DNA of 64,000 nt. It comes from Magnetococcales bacterium (GTDB lineage Bacteria > Pseudomonadota > Magnetococcia > Magnetococcales > Magnetaquicoccaceae). The notes beneath the pieces were generated by a model. It was not told where the DNA came from, ran no database searches, and saw only the letters and a list, made by a program, of their open reading frames with translations. A program made the translations under genes and the position numbers. Location: NCBI GenBank assembly GCA_015232245.1, contig JADGAB010000001.1:1388-65387 (forward strand). Direction: 5' to 3'. Below are positions 18,366 through 29,061 of this stretch, one piece after another (the first letter of the stretch is position 1; every line of letters starts with the position of its first letter).

Positions 18366-21300
18366 ATGAGAGATTTCTCCTTAATGTCGAACAGAAAAAC
18401 AGCCAAGGTCGACGAGCCTTTTTTCCATGGTCGCACCTTGAAAGCGCTGACCATTCTCCTCGGCTTGGGGTATGGGTTTGGGATTGTGGAACAGTGCCAT
18501 GCCATGCCTTTGGATGGCCAGGTGGTCTCCGGTGCCGCGACTCTGGTCCAATCGAAAAATACTCTGAATGTGGAACAGTCCAGCGGACGGGCGCTTATTG
18601 ACTGGCAGTCGTTTGGCATTGGCAGTGGGGAGAAGGTCAACTTCAAGCAGCCAACCGCCGATTCTATTACTGTCAATCGGGTGTTGGGTTATGATTTTTC
18701 TTCGATCAGCGGTTCCTTGACCGCCAACGGCAGAGTGGTGCTGGTCAATCCCCATGGAGTGATCTTTCAGGACGGCGCCCAAGTCGATGTGGGTGGGTTG
18801 ACCGCCACCACACGGTGGATCACCAAAGATGATTTTGATGCGGGTCGCTTGAGTTTCAATGCGCTCGATGGCGCCGATGGCATGGTGATCAATCGAGGTG
18901 TCATTGCTCTTGCGCCTGGTGGTGCTGTTGTTCTGGCCGCATCTCATGTGGAAAATACCGGAGTGATCAAGGCCAATCTGGGACGGGTTGCTCTGGGGGC
19001 CGGGGATGCCTTCACCCTTAATTTCGATGGAGACCGGTTGTTGAGCTTTGCTGCTCCAGCCTCTTCCAGAGTTGGCAAGGCGTTGGAGGTTATCAATAAA
19101 GGGACCATTCAGGCAAATGGCGGATCTGTTCTGCTGACCACCAACGCCGCAGAAGCGGTGGTCAATTCGGTGGTGAGTATTGGCGGCAGAGTGGAGGCCC
19201 ACGCTGTCGATTTTCAGGATGGTCGGATTATTCTTCATGCTGGCAGTGGTGCTGCCACCGTGTCTGGAACGCTCGATGCGTCCGGATCGACCAAAGGTCA
19301 GAAAGGTGGGAATATCCAGGTGTTGGGGAATCAGGTCCAACTTACGGAATCCGCACACCTGGATGCCTCTGGAAATGCCGGAGGTGGAACCATTCTGATC
19401 GGTGGTGATCAACATGGTGATAATCCTGATATTCAGAATGCCAGACAAACCATGGTTGACAAGGGCGCCACCATTGCAGCCAATGCCACTCACAATGGTG
19501 ATGGGGGACGGGTTGTTGTCTGGTCGGATGAAAAATCCGGCTTTTATGGGAAAATCTCGGCGCGTGGCGGTGAAAATTCTGGCAATGGTGGCTTTGTCGA
19601 AACATCCAGCAAAAAATTGCTGGAATTCAACGGACAGGTGGATGCCGTCGCTCCCAGAGGCAGACCAGGAACATTGCTGCTGGATCCCTCGGATATTACC
19701 GTGGTTACAGCAGGAGCGAACTCCACTACAGCAAACGTGGACCAGTTTGCCGATGCGGATGGGGCCGGAGGATCAAAAATTGCTCCCGCTACACTGTCTG
19801 GCGCGAATGCAAACATACAATTGCAGGCCACCAACGATATTATTTTTAATGACCCCATTTCGCTCAATCCAGGATTCAGCCTGACAGTCCAGGCAGGCAG
19901 ACATATCAGCGTCAACAACTCCATCACCACCAGCAATGCGGCAATCCATCTGGAAGCGGATTCTCCTCATTCATCTGTTGGTGCGGCCAACGGAATTGGT
20001 ACGTTGACCATTGCTGCGACTGGCTCTTTGAGCACAAGTGGTGGCAATGTCACCTTGATTGGTGCCGATTTTTCCATTCTTGGTGCCATTAATGCTGGCG
20101 CGGGAAATGTGACGATTGCCTCTTCCCGGTCAGGTGCGGCAGGCGATATTACCATCGGTTCCGGTATTGTGTCGCTTGCGGAACTGCAAAAAATCACGTC
20201 AACCGGTACGGTATCCATTGGCAAAGCCACGACCAAAGGTACGGATGGCGCCGGAACCGGCGCAGTGACGCTGCAAGGCAGTTCGATCACCGTGGATGCA
20301 ACATCCCTGGATTTAAGCGGACAAAATTTTGCTCTCAAACTGGATCCGTCCTCTGCAATCAATCTGGGCAGTTTGACCATCGCGACAAACGCCGGACTTA
20401 CGTTCAACGCCTCGACAACCATGACCGGAGCGCTGACCGTCAACACCCATGGAGGTGATATCACCTTCAACAATTCATTGGATGGCACCCAAAGCGTCAC
20501 CCTGACCGCCGGAGGCGGCAATGTCACCTTTGCGGACCATGTGGGCAGTACCATACGTCTGGGTGATCTGACCATCAAAAGCGCAAATAATGTCACTGCA
20601 GCGGATATCAAGTCGGCCTTTTTGACCCAGGAGAATGGCTCCGGCGCAACGACCATTAATGGTGTTGTGGATGCCAGTCTGGCAGTCAGCATAACAGCCA
20701 ACAACGGGATTACCCTTGGGTCAGCAGTGACCATGAAAGGGGATCTGACTTTGATCACCACTGGAGGGAACATCAGCCTTAATACTCTGGATGGCAACCA
20801 GAATGTCACCCTTACCGCCGGAACCGGCAATGTGACGATGACCGGCAATGTGGGCAGTACCACGCCTGTTGGCAATCTGACGATCAACAGTGCTCATAAT
20901 GTCACGGCGGCGGGAGTCAGGGCGGCGAGTTTAAGGCAAACGACCGGCAGTGGTACAACGACATTCAATGGTGTCGTGGATTCCAGTGGAGCGGTGAATC
21001 TTGCCGCCGATGGCGGGATCACCTTCGGGGCGGCAATGAGCATGAATGGACCCAGCGTTCTGGTCACTGCGGGAACCGCTATCAATTTCAATGGTACTGT
21101 GAACGGCAGCCAGAGTCTTACCTTGACCGCCGGGGGCGGCAATGTGACTTTTGCTGCCGATGCGGGAGGAACTGCGCGTTTGGGTGATCTGACCATCATC
21201 AGTGCGCAAAATGTCACGACGGCAGGGATTAAGGCCGCCACGGTAACACAAAATGCCGGAACCGGAACCACAACGTTCAATGGTATTGTAGACGCTGACA

Positions 21301-24300
21301 GTACGGTGAGCATCACCACAAATAATGATGTCACTTTTGGTTCGCCGATGACCATGAAGGGTCCACTTAGCGTGAAGACCTCTGGAGGTGGCGGAAACAT
21401 CAATTTCAACAGCACTCTGGATGGCGCGCAGAACTTTACCTTGACGGCAGGGACAGGCAACATCCATTTTGTTGGCGCGGTGGGTTCCATTACACCGCCC
21501 GTGACAGGCACCATTGTCAGCGCAAAGGATGTCACAGTCGATTCCACGTTAAGAATGAGCTCGCTGACCCAATCGGCGGGTACCGGGACCACCCTTTTTT
21601 CGGATGCCATAACGCTTACAACCGGTGGATTGAATCTGACCGGAAAGAATTTTACCTTTAACGGTACAGTAAATACGTTGACGGCAGCACAGGGTGGTAC
21701 GGTGACCATTGCCAACTCGGGTCTGTTGACCATCAACAAAAACATGAGTCTGGATGGTACGTTTACGCAAAACGGTTCCGGGTTGGTGGCTCTTGGAGGG
21801 AATATCACCACCACCAATGATCCCATATCTATTGCCAGAGATGTGACCCTGACTGGTAATATCTTTCTCTCCACCGGCGGGAACGGGCCTGGAAACATCA
21901 ACTTTGCCGGCACAATCGATGGCGGGGATGTGAACAGTCTGACACTCTTCTCCGGGGATGGAACAGTGACCCTTGGCGGCAGGATCGGTGGCACAACAAA
22001 ACTGAGCGCTTTGACGATCAATGGGACGACGGGCACGGGCGTCATTTCTTTGGGCGATATCGGCGGCGCCTCAGCAGGGGTGACCGGAAGCACGACAGTC
22101 GGCAATGCCAAGACCACCGAAATTACGCTCACGGGAAGCAGTTACAAAACCACCGACGCACAAACTTACGCGGGTCCGGTTGCATTAGGCAATAATGTGA
22201 CCATGGATACCACAGGTGCGGTAGCTGGTGTCGGTGTGGTGACATTCACAGCAACAATCAACTCGAAAGCGTCCGAAAATCGCTCTTTGACTATCGCATC
22301 CGGCGACAGTGCCACCACGATTCAAGGGGTGATTGGCAACACCACCAGACTGAGCGCCTTGACGATCAATGGCACGGGTGGCAATGGCATGATCACCTTG
22401 AACAGTATCGGCGGTGCGCTTCCAGGGATAACAGGCGCCATGGTGCTTGGCAACGATACCACCACTGGAATTGCGCTGAAAGGAACGACCTACAAGACCA
22501 GCGGGTCACAGCAATATATGGGCGCGATCACCCTGGGTGCGGATACCTTGTTTGATACCTTCGCAGCGCCTGCGGGGACGGGAACGGTAAAATTCAACTC
22601 AACCATCAAATCGGACGGGAGTACAGGTCGCTCTTTGAGTGTCGTCTCGAACGATAGCCCAGTGACATTCGCGGGAGACATTGGCGGTGAAACCAATGGG
22701 ATCTATCGGTTCAACATTGATAATGGCCGTGGGGATGTGACGCTGCATAATGTCCGTCTGGTATATTCCGGCACGAACAAGCCGCAACTCAACATTCATA
22801 ATAATAGCGCTCCTGGAAGCAAAATCATTATTGGCAGCACAATCAACCTGAGTGCCGTCAATAATTCAGGCGGAACAGTTGATTTTGGTCAATCGGATAT
22901 TGTTCCGGAAAATCCAGGTTCGACACTGGAAATCAATACCAGCGGCAGCATCGGTGGGGATGTGAAGCTTGGAAAGGTCACTCGTAATAGTTCTGGAGCC
23001 TATTTTGATGGTTTTACGGTTAATATGAATGGGGCAGATTCGAAAAGTTCCGGAACCCTGACCATCAATCAAGGCGCCATTTCCGTGGATGGCGACTCGG
23101 GAACGCGGGTACAGATTGTCGGCAACATACTGGCAACTAAAGATCTGGTCATTGAGACCAATCCTGCCTCCAGCAATACGCTGAACTCTGGTACAATCGA
23201 TCTAAGCAAAGCTGGTTTCAATGGCAACTCCTCCACAGTCACGCTGAGAACTTCCGGGGCTGACGACAAAGATGTGGCACACAGTCATGTGGCGGGGAGT
23301 GTGCTTTTGGGGGTTGTCGGGAGTGCAAATCAGCCCCTGGGGCCTGTCCGGAGCAGTACCGAAATGCATAGCGCCCTCACTGTGGATGTGAGAGGAGCAA
23401 CATCCGGGACTGCAATATCCGGGACTTTGACGTTGTATGGGGATGTCTGGCTTAATAATGATCTTGATTTCACGAGAGCGGATAAGGTAGTATTGAGTGC
23501 ACCAGAGATTAAAGATTCGCTTCCTGAGATCACGATTGACACCTATGATAACACGATAGCGGGAGGGAGCGCAGGACGTGTTCGTTTTTCCCCATCCGGG
23601 AGTATCGATGGTTCTCGCTCCCTGCGCATCAACGCCTGGGCAGATGCTGCCAACACAGGCGGAAATGTTGATTTGCCGTCCATTGGTAAGACAACACCGC
23701 TGACCGGCTTGACGGTTGATGGAGGGACAGTCACTTTGAATGGCAACATTTCCACCGATAAAGGCCATGTCACTTTTCATCAGCGATCAGGAGATTCCGC
23801 CGTAATAAAAATGGGTGAGCATTTTTATCTGCCTGAATCTAAATCTGAGCCGGAGATATCCACTGCTCCGGTTTTCAGAATCGTCACTCACGGAGGGAAT
23901 ATCTCTTTTCAAAAACTGATCGCCCAGAATGACAAACCTTCGGCGATGGACAAGAATTATTTGAATGTTGAGTTGTTGGCCGGGGAATCCGGTACAACAC
24001 GTCAAACCAAGCGTGACGGAGGTACAATCACCGGCGACCTGGATGTCTGGAACGCCACTCTGACCGGTTCTGGCGGGGCGTTGACCGGACAGATTCACAG
24101 AGCGTTTGGGGAATTCAAGTATCCGAATCTCAGAGGCTGGGCTGCGGCACAAACCATCTTCGCATCCCCGACGCTTGGGAAAAGCTATATTTTCACCTTT
24201 AATGGGATACCGGTACCAGGATACGGCAAGCCCCAGGGCCCCACGAATGGTTATGACAACCTCACCCGTGGATCGGTGGATAATATACCCAACAGGACTT

Positions 24301-25439
24301 CGAATAAAGATTGGATGTTGGATTCGTCGAAAAATCCTGCGCTATATAGCGATATGGTGAAATGGAAAGATGAATATGAACAGAAGCAATTACGGGTAGT
24401 TAAAGAGTTTAAAACAGAAAGGGTTAATTATAAAAAATATTTAGATAGTTTTATGAAAGCTATGAAGAAAAATAATAATCATGCGATAGTTGTTGGTGTT
24501 GGGACGGGTATAAGTAAGGAGGAAAATGGTGGATTTTATTTGGAGCCGTTAAGGAAAGGGCCGGAATATAATGCGTGTATTGTCGGGAAGGCTCTTTCTA
24601 ATATAGGTTATCACGTGTTAAGATTGATAACTCATGAGTCAAAAGATGGTGCGGATACTTGTTTGGACAAAAATGAAAAGCATTTCAATTTGCCTACATG
24701 GCAAAATTTCCTGGAAGCGGTTAAAGCATTCTCGGAAGCATCGAGTAAAAGTGGGAAGGTACAGAAACTAATTATTTATTTTTCTGGGCATGGGATTTTA
24801 CATGAAGGTCATGGCTATTTGGTGGCGTACGATGCTGGAATCAAGACGATGCAGAATGTGGTCTCTTTGGAGCAAATCAAGAAGGTATTAGAATTACCAT
24901 TCGAGAATAAAACAGAAGGACGGCCTAGTGTTATGCTTATGCATGATTCGTGCTATCCTGCCGATATGTCTCTCGTGGATAAGACGGAGTGCAAGGAAAA
25001 GTTTGATCCAGCATCAGAAGTCTTGGACTCCTCTGGTGCATTCATGTCAATTACAACTACCTATCCGTTTGTTGGAATATCCAAAAAGAAAAAGGAATTT
25101 AAACCATCTGTTTCTCTATCAAGCTTGATAGAAACAAAGGATATGAATAATAACGAGCTTGTTAAAGGGGCTGAAGAATCAACAAGTACTTTCTTTTCTG
25201 AGCTTTTTGTGAAAGCATTAACAAAGCAAGCGGAGAATTCAGGGCCGGTAGGTGTATCTAGGATTTATGAATTAATACGTGAAGGATTTAATGGAAAGAT
25301 AGAGATTGAGTCGGTCGATGAGAAGCAAAATTTGTCGTTACAGTTTTTTGAGTTTGAGCCTAAATTTGGGTTTGTTTCAAAAGACAAGGATGTGTGCACT
25401 GAAAGGAAGAGAGCGAATTTCTTTATGACGCCAAGATAA
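18366..25439 (+). CDS. Filamentous haemagglutinin-like TpsA exoprotein with C-terminal caspase-like (peptidase C14) domain
   Basis: GGAG RBS; TPS domain (IDWQSFGIG, GRVVLVNPHGVIF, GTLLLDP); beta-helix repeats; C-terminal HAIVVGV, IYFSGHG, MHDSC. Confidence 0.9.
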   Translation: MRDFSLMSNRKTAKVDEPFFHGRTLKALTILLGLGYGFGIVEQCHAMPLDGQVVSGAATLVQSKNTLNVEQSSGRALIDWQSFGIGSGEKVNFKQPTADSITVNRVLGYDFSSISGSLTANGRVVLVNPHGVIFQDGAQVDVGGLTATTRWITKDDFDAGRLSFNALDGADGMVINRGVIALAPGGAVVLAASHVENTGVIKANLGRVALGAGDAFTLNFDGDRLLSFAAPASSRVGKALEVINKGTIQANGGSVLLTTNAAEAVVNSVVSIGGRVEAHAVDFQDGRIILHAGSGAATVSGTLDASGSTKGQKGGNIQVLGNQVQLTESAHLDASGNAGGGTILIGGDQHGDNPDIQNARQTMVDKGATIAANATHNGDGGRVVVWSDEKSGFYGKISARGGENSGNGGFVETSSKKLLEFNGQVDAVAPRGRPGTLLLDPSDITVVTAGANSTTANVDQFADADGAGGSKIAPATLSGANANIQLQATNDIIFNDPISLNPGFSLTVQAGRHISVNNSITTSNAAIHLEADSPHSSVGAANGIGTLTIAATGSLSTSGGNVTLIGADFSILGAINAGAGNVTIASSRSGAAGDITIGSGIVSLAELQKITSTGTVSIGKATTKGTDGAGTGAVTLQGSSITVDATSLDLSGQNFALKLDPSSAINLGSLTIATNAGLTFNASTTMTGALTVNTHGGDITFNNSLDGTQSVTLTAGGGNVTFADHVGSTIRLGDLTIKSANNVTAADIKSAFLTQENGSGATTINGVVDASLAVSITANNGITLGSAVTMKGDLTLITTGGNISLNTLDGNQNVTLTAGTGNVTMTGNVGSTTPVGNLTINSAHNVTAAGVRAASLRQTTGSGTTTFNGVVDSSGAVNLAADGGITFGAAMSMNGPSVLVTAGTAINFNGTVNGSQSLTLTAGGGNVTFAADAGGTARLGDLTIISAQNVTTAGIKAATVTQNAGTGTTTFNGIVDADSTVSITTNNDVTFGSPMTMKGPLSVKTSGGGGNINFNSTLDGAQNFTLTAGTGNIHFVGAVGSITPPVTGTIVSAKDVTVDSTLRMSSLTQSAGTGTTLFSDAITLTTGGLNLTGKNFTFNGTVNTLTAAQGGTVTIANSGLLTINKNMSLDGTFTQNGSGLVALGGNITTTNDPISIARDVTLTGNIFLSTGGNGPGNINFAGTIDGGDVNSLTLFSGDGTVTLGGRIGGTTKLSALTINGTTGTGVISLGDIGGASAGVTGSTTVGNAKTTEITLTGSSYKTTDAQTYAGPVALGNNVTMDTTGAVAGVGVVTFTATINSKASENRSLTIASGDSATTIQGVIGNTTRLSALTINGTGGNGMITLNSIGGALPGITGAMVLGNDTTTGIALKGTTYKTSGSQQYMGAITLGADTLFDTFAAPAGTGTVKFNSTIKSDGSTGRSLSVVSNDSPVTFAGDIGGETNGIYRFNIDNGRGDVTLHNVRLVYSGTNKPQLNIHNNSAPGSKIIIGSTINLSAVNNSGGTVDFGQSDIVPENPGSTLEINTSGSIGGDVKLGKVTRNSSGAYFDGFTVNMNGADSKSSGTLTINQGAISVDGDSGTRVQIVGNILATKDLVIETNPASSNTLNSGTIDLSKAGFNGNSSTVTLRTSGADDKDVAHSHVAGSVLLGVVGSANQPLGPVRSSTEMHSALTVDVRGATSGTAISGTLTLYGDVWLNNDLDFTRADKVVLSAPEIKDSLPEITIDTYDNTIAGGSAGRVRFSPSGSIDGSRSLRINAWADAANTGGNVDLPSIGKTTPLTGLTVDGGTVTLNGNISTDKGHVTFHQRSGDSAVIKMGEHFYLPESKSEPEISTAPVFRIVTHGGNISFQKLIAQNDKPSAMDKNYLNVELLAGESGTTRQTKRDGGTITGDLDVWNATLTGSGGALTGQIHRAFGEFKYPNLRGWAAAQTIFASPTLGKSYIFTFNGIPVPGYGKPQGPTNGYDNLTRGSVDNIPNRTSNKDWMLDSSKNPALYSDMVKWKDEYEQKQLRVVKEFKTERVNYKKYLDSFMKAMKKNNNHAIVVGVGTGISKEENGGFYLEPLRKGPEYNACIVGKALSNIGYHVLRLITHESKDGADTCLDKNEKHFNLPTWQNFLEAVKAFSEASSKSGKVQKLIIYFSGHGILHEGHGYLVAYDAGIKTMQNVVSLEQIKKVLELPFENKTEGRPSVMLMHDSCYPADMSLVDKTECKEKFDPASEVLDSSGAFMSITTTYPFVGISKKKKEFKPSVSLSSLIETKDMNNNELVKGAEESTSTFFSELFVKALTKQAENSGPVGVSRIYELIREGFNGKIEIESVDEKQNLSLQFFEFEPKFGFVSKDKDVCTERKRANFFMTPR
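20440..21620 (+). repeat. About four degenerate ~100-aa repeats inside TpsA
   Basis: Recurring [LV][DN]G.Q..TLTAG.GN[VI].F...G....G.LTI.SA.NVT. Confidence 0.75.
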
Positions 25440-25497
25440 CCTCTTGTAAGGCAGAAACAAATATCAGTTTGTCAATATAGAATCCTTGGAGGTAACT

Positions 25498-25761
25498 ATG
25501 AAAAAGAAAAATGGTGTTGTTATTTTTTTTCTGGTAACTTTTTTTCCTGTTACTGTAATATCTGGTGAAGTATATAGAGGCAATGTTTTGTGTTATTCGT
25601 CTTGCAAGAGAGTCGAAAATAATATAATTTCTTGTGCCAATCCTGCGGCGACTCTAACAGAGGAACAGATGAATCAGTATGGGTTGGTATATGTTCCAAA
25701 TACAGAAGCTCCAACCGTTGGTGATCAAACAGACAGGAATAAATGGCAAGGGTCTAAATAA
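25498..25761 (+). CDS. Small exported Cys-containing hypothetical protein
   Basis: GGAGG RBS; signal peptide MKKKNGVVIFFLV; AT-rich. Confidence 0.7.
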   Translation: MKKKNGVVIFFLVTFFPVTVISGEVYRGNVLCYSSCKRVENNIISCANPAATLTEEQMNQYGLVYVPNTEAPTVGDQTDRNKWQGSK

Positions 25762-25850
25762 TAATTGCATTCTGCTGATAGTAAATTTTATAACTATAGT
25801 TTAATGTTCTATGTAATATATCTCAAGCAAGCAAGGAGGTATGTAATGCT

Positions 25851-26780
25851 ATGACGGGTAGTGATACAAGCCAACAAGACAGTATGAGCAGGTTTCAATT
25901 GGTTTCAGTAGAAAACGCTGCAAAGTTTAGTTTTGTTATGACAAGCACAATCGCTGCGGCGTCCGGACTTAAATATTATCATGTATATTTTTATTACCAT
26001 AAGATACCATTCCTTAATCTTAATCTTTCTCTTCACGAAATTCTTTTTAAAGCGTCAATTCTTGCATTTGATAATATCAAAGACCTGGATTGGAAATGGA
26101 TACTGATAAGTGTTATTGTTACAGTATTGTCAGGGTTTCCTTTGTTGCCGGAGATATTTGTTAAAAACAGAGGGGTAAGAGAAATAATATCAATTATAAT
26201 TCCATGTATTGTTTTATATTCTTGGTTTCATGTTGGAGAAATTATAATTAAAAATGGTGAGCAAAATGCTTTGAGGCGTTATGTGCATGAGATTGTTTTG
26301 AGAAACACAAGTTTGCCTAAGGTTGTTTTTGAAGGTTCACTGGAAGATATCTCTGGAGAAGGAGGTCAGAAAGTAAATTTAAAAAATAATTGTTATTTTT
26401 TGTTGCATCAGGATTCGACCAGTATATACTTAATGCTTGATCCTGTAATAAATAACAAAGAGTGGGAATATGATATTGGTGTAAGCGCTGAAGATGTTGG
26501 CAGGCTTGGCGAAAGAAGTAGGAAATTATGTGAAGAAAGTTGTAATTACAAGGACACTTCGGAGTGTATCGATGAGAAATTTGAAGAATTGTGGTCGAAA
26601 AATAGATATGAATTGTATAAAAAGAAATATAACGACTACATGACTATTGAGAACGATGCAAGAATCATTCAAACGAAGATTAAAATAACTCAAATTCCAA
26701 TCAGGAATTTGAATTATTTACATATTTCGCCAATAGGAACACCACTTGGGCAAGGGTGTAAAACAGCTAAACGTTTATAA
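25851..26780 (+). CDS. Hypothetical membrane protein (N-terminal TM helices, soluble C-domain)
   Basis: AAGGAGGT RBS; 309-aa ORF in AT-rich DNA; about three hydrophobic segments. Confidence 0.75.
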   Translation: MTGSDTSQQDSMSRFQLVSVENAAKFSFVMTSTIAAASGLKYYHVYFYYHKIPFLNLNLSLHEILFKASILAFDNIKDLDWKWILISVIVTVLSGFPLLPEIFVKNRGVREIISIIIPCIVLYSWFHVGEIIIKNGEQNALRRYVHEIVLRNTSLPKVVFEGSLEDISGEGGQKVNLKNNCYFLLHQDSTSIYLMLDPVINNKEWEYDIGVSAEDVGRLGERSRKLCEESCNYKDTSECIDEKFEELWSKNRYELYKKKYNDYMTIENDARIIQTKIKITQIPIRNLNYLHISPIGTPLGQGCKTAKRL

Positions 26781-26952
26781 ATCTTTTTGAAAGTTTCTTG
26801 GCTGATCAGTGCCCTGCATAAATCTTTTGGCTTGAGATGGGCTTTCGTTTCATGGAATACCCACCATGCTGGCCTTGCAGGAATTGAGGCTATTTGGAGG
26901 TGTCACTCTCTGATCCCAGCCATGCACACCACCTGGTTGATGTGCAAGGCCA

Positions 26953-29061
26953 TCAAAATCCCGACTCGCGGATCAAAACCGCCAGCATGGAGCGCGCCAC
27001 CCGGTCCGCCAGGCTGCGGGCCGGACCGCTCATGACCAGGGTGCCGCGCTGCTGGACAAGAATTGTGGCATCCTGGTCAATCCCTTCCAGAGTGATGCGA
27101 TAGAGCGCCTGTTCGGGAAGGCGCTGGTCGTGGATATCGCGTACCGGGATTTCCCCGCCGTGACTGGCGGCCAATAGCGGATCCGCCAGATGGCGGACGT
27201 TGCTTTTGTCCAGGGTGGTCACAAGACAGTCGATGGCGGAGGCGTCCGGATTGTCGGGATGAAAACGGGCGGATTGCCCCTGGACTACCCGGGCCAGATC
27301 CACCTCGGTCAGATAGGCGTGCATGACCGGAGGGCCAATGGCCAGAACCCCTCCCAGTCTCTCCCGATTGGAGAGCCATTGTCCGGGTTGCAGATCCGGC
27401 GTCAGATCCACCACCCGACCGGAAAACGGCGCCGTGATGCGATTTCTGGCCGCTTCCTGTTCCAGGCCCACCCCTTCGGTAATGGCGGTTTCCAGCTCCT
27501 GATGCAGCACCTGGCTGCGTCCCAGCAGCAAAGGATCCACACCAACCCCGGCCCATTCCCATTCCAGCATCTGGCGTCGTTTGGCGTTCTGACGACGACG
27601 ATGGTCGAGATCCGGATTTTCCAGTTCGAACAACAGTTCTCCGGCGGCGACGGTTTGACCTTCGGCGACTTTCAGCGCTTTCAATCGCCCCGGACTGGAC
27701 GCGAAAAGGGCGGCGTGACCCTGACCGTGCAGCATGGCCGGCGCGGTGATCCGGGTATTCCAGGGAACGAACAGAATCAACAGGGCGATCATCCCCACCC
27801 CGGCCCAGATGCGGGCGCGTCCTCCCCGCATGAACTCATGACGTCGCATCCACCATACTCCCAGTTCCTGGCCGATGGGCATCAGAATGAACCAGACGAT
27901 CTCGACCCCAAAGAGAAAGATCCCTACCGCCTTGATGAAAAAATGATACACAAAAACCGCGATTCCCAGAAACAGAACCAGCCGGTAGAGCCAGGTGGCG
28001 AAGGCAAACAGGATCAAACCGATCCGACGCCCCCATGGAAAGGATTCCGGAGGAGGCTCTCCCGGCCTGAAGAGTTGTTCACGCAGCCACCATCGGGCCA
28101 AAGCCCCGGCGCGCTGGTGGAGATTATGGATATCCAGATGGTCCGCCAGCAGATAATAGCCGTCGAAGCGCAAGAACGGCGAGATGTTGATCAGAATTGT
28201 GGAGAAAAAGGTCGTGGTGCTCAGCAAAAAGGCCATGCCTCGACCCATGCCATCCGGGAGCAGATTCCAGGCCAGCAGGGCCAGGATGGCCACCATCATT
28301 TCGGCGGTCACTCCGGCGGCGGCCACGGCGAAACGCTTTTTCGGGTCGGCCAGTTTCCACGCTTCGGTGGTATCGGTGAACAGCACCGGCCAGAGCACCA
28401 GAAACGCGATCCCCATGGTCGGCACCCGACAACCGTGACGCCTGGCGGTCAGGGCATGACCCAACTCGTGGATCACCTTGACCACAGACAAGGTGATGCC
28501 ATACCAGATCATCCCCTCCCAGGTCAGGGTCAACAGCAGGGAGTGGACAAACAGCTCCCATTGACGCAACAACAGAATCGCGCCGATGACAAAAGCGCCA
28601 CTCATGAAATAAAACGTCTGGCGGCTGTATAAAAAAGAGACCCAGGGCAGCGCCGCCGCCAGAAAGGCGTCCGGTCGCACCAAAGGAATGCGAAAGTAGA
28701 GATAATGGTGCAACAGCCAGGTGGTCCACTGGTGGCGGCTCTTTTCGGCCCGGAGCACCAGTCGGGCGGTATCCTGGGGGGTGATGCTCCGCGACAGTTG
28801 ATGGGTGCTGAGAAAACGGGCCACCGCCTCGATATCTTGTCGGGAGAGACGCAGGGTGGTCTCCTGCGTCAGACAGGCGAGGATCTCTTCCGGGTTGCCC
28901 AGGGACCAGCGGGCGAGGATTTCGAACGCGGCCCGATCCACCCGGTGGAATTGATGACGCGCCGGGTCGTGCAGGGTCCAGGAGGGAGCGCCGTCTGCGG
29001 CCAGAGGCCCCGGGAACAGGATCAGATCCTCCCGCAGGGGCGGCAGGGGCAACGCCTCCAT
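26953..29061 (-). CDS. M50 (site-2) metallopeptidase fused to HlyD-type membrane-fusion domain, N-terminal PqqD-like region
   Basis: Start MEALPLPPLREDL overlaps upstream TGA; HELGH (28456-28470); NISPFLRFDGYY; many TMs; lipoyl-like halves VAEGQTVAAGELLFEL and ITAPFSGRV. Confidence 0.88.
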   Translation of the reverse strand: MEALPLPPLREDLILFPGPLAADGAPSWTLHDPARHQFHRVDRAAFEILARWSLGNPEEILACLTQETTLRLSRQDIEAVARFLSTHQLSRSITPQDTARLVLRAEKSRHQWTTWLLHHYLYFRIPLVRPDAFLAAALPWVSFLYSRQTFYFMSGAFVIGAILLLRQWELFVHSLLLTLTWEGMIWYGITLSVVKVIHELGHALTARRHGCRVPTMGIAFLVLWPVLFTDTTEAWKLADPKKRFAVAAAGVTAEMMVAILALLAWNLLPDGMGRGMAFLLSTTTFFSTILINISPFLRFDGYYLLADHLDIHNLHQRAGALARWWLREQLFRPGEPPPESFPWGRRIGLILFAFATWLYRLVLFLGIAVFVYHFFIKAVGIFLFGVEIVWFILMPIGQELGVWWMRRHEFMRGGRARIWAGVGMIALLILFVPWNTRITAPAMLHGQGHAALFASSPGRLKALKVAEGQTVAAGELLFELENPDLDHRRRQNAKRRQMLEWEWAGVGVDPLLLGRSQVLHQELETAITEGVGLEQEAARNRITAPFSGRVVDLTPDLQPGQWLSNRERLGGVLAIGPPVMHAYLTEVDLARVVQGQSARFHPDNPDASAIDCLVTTLDKSNVRHLADPLLAASHGGEIPVRDIHDQRLPEQALYRITLEGIDQDATILVQQRGTLVMSGPARSLADRVARSMLAVLIRESGF

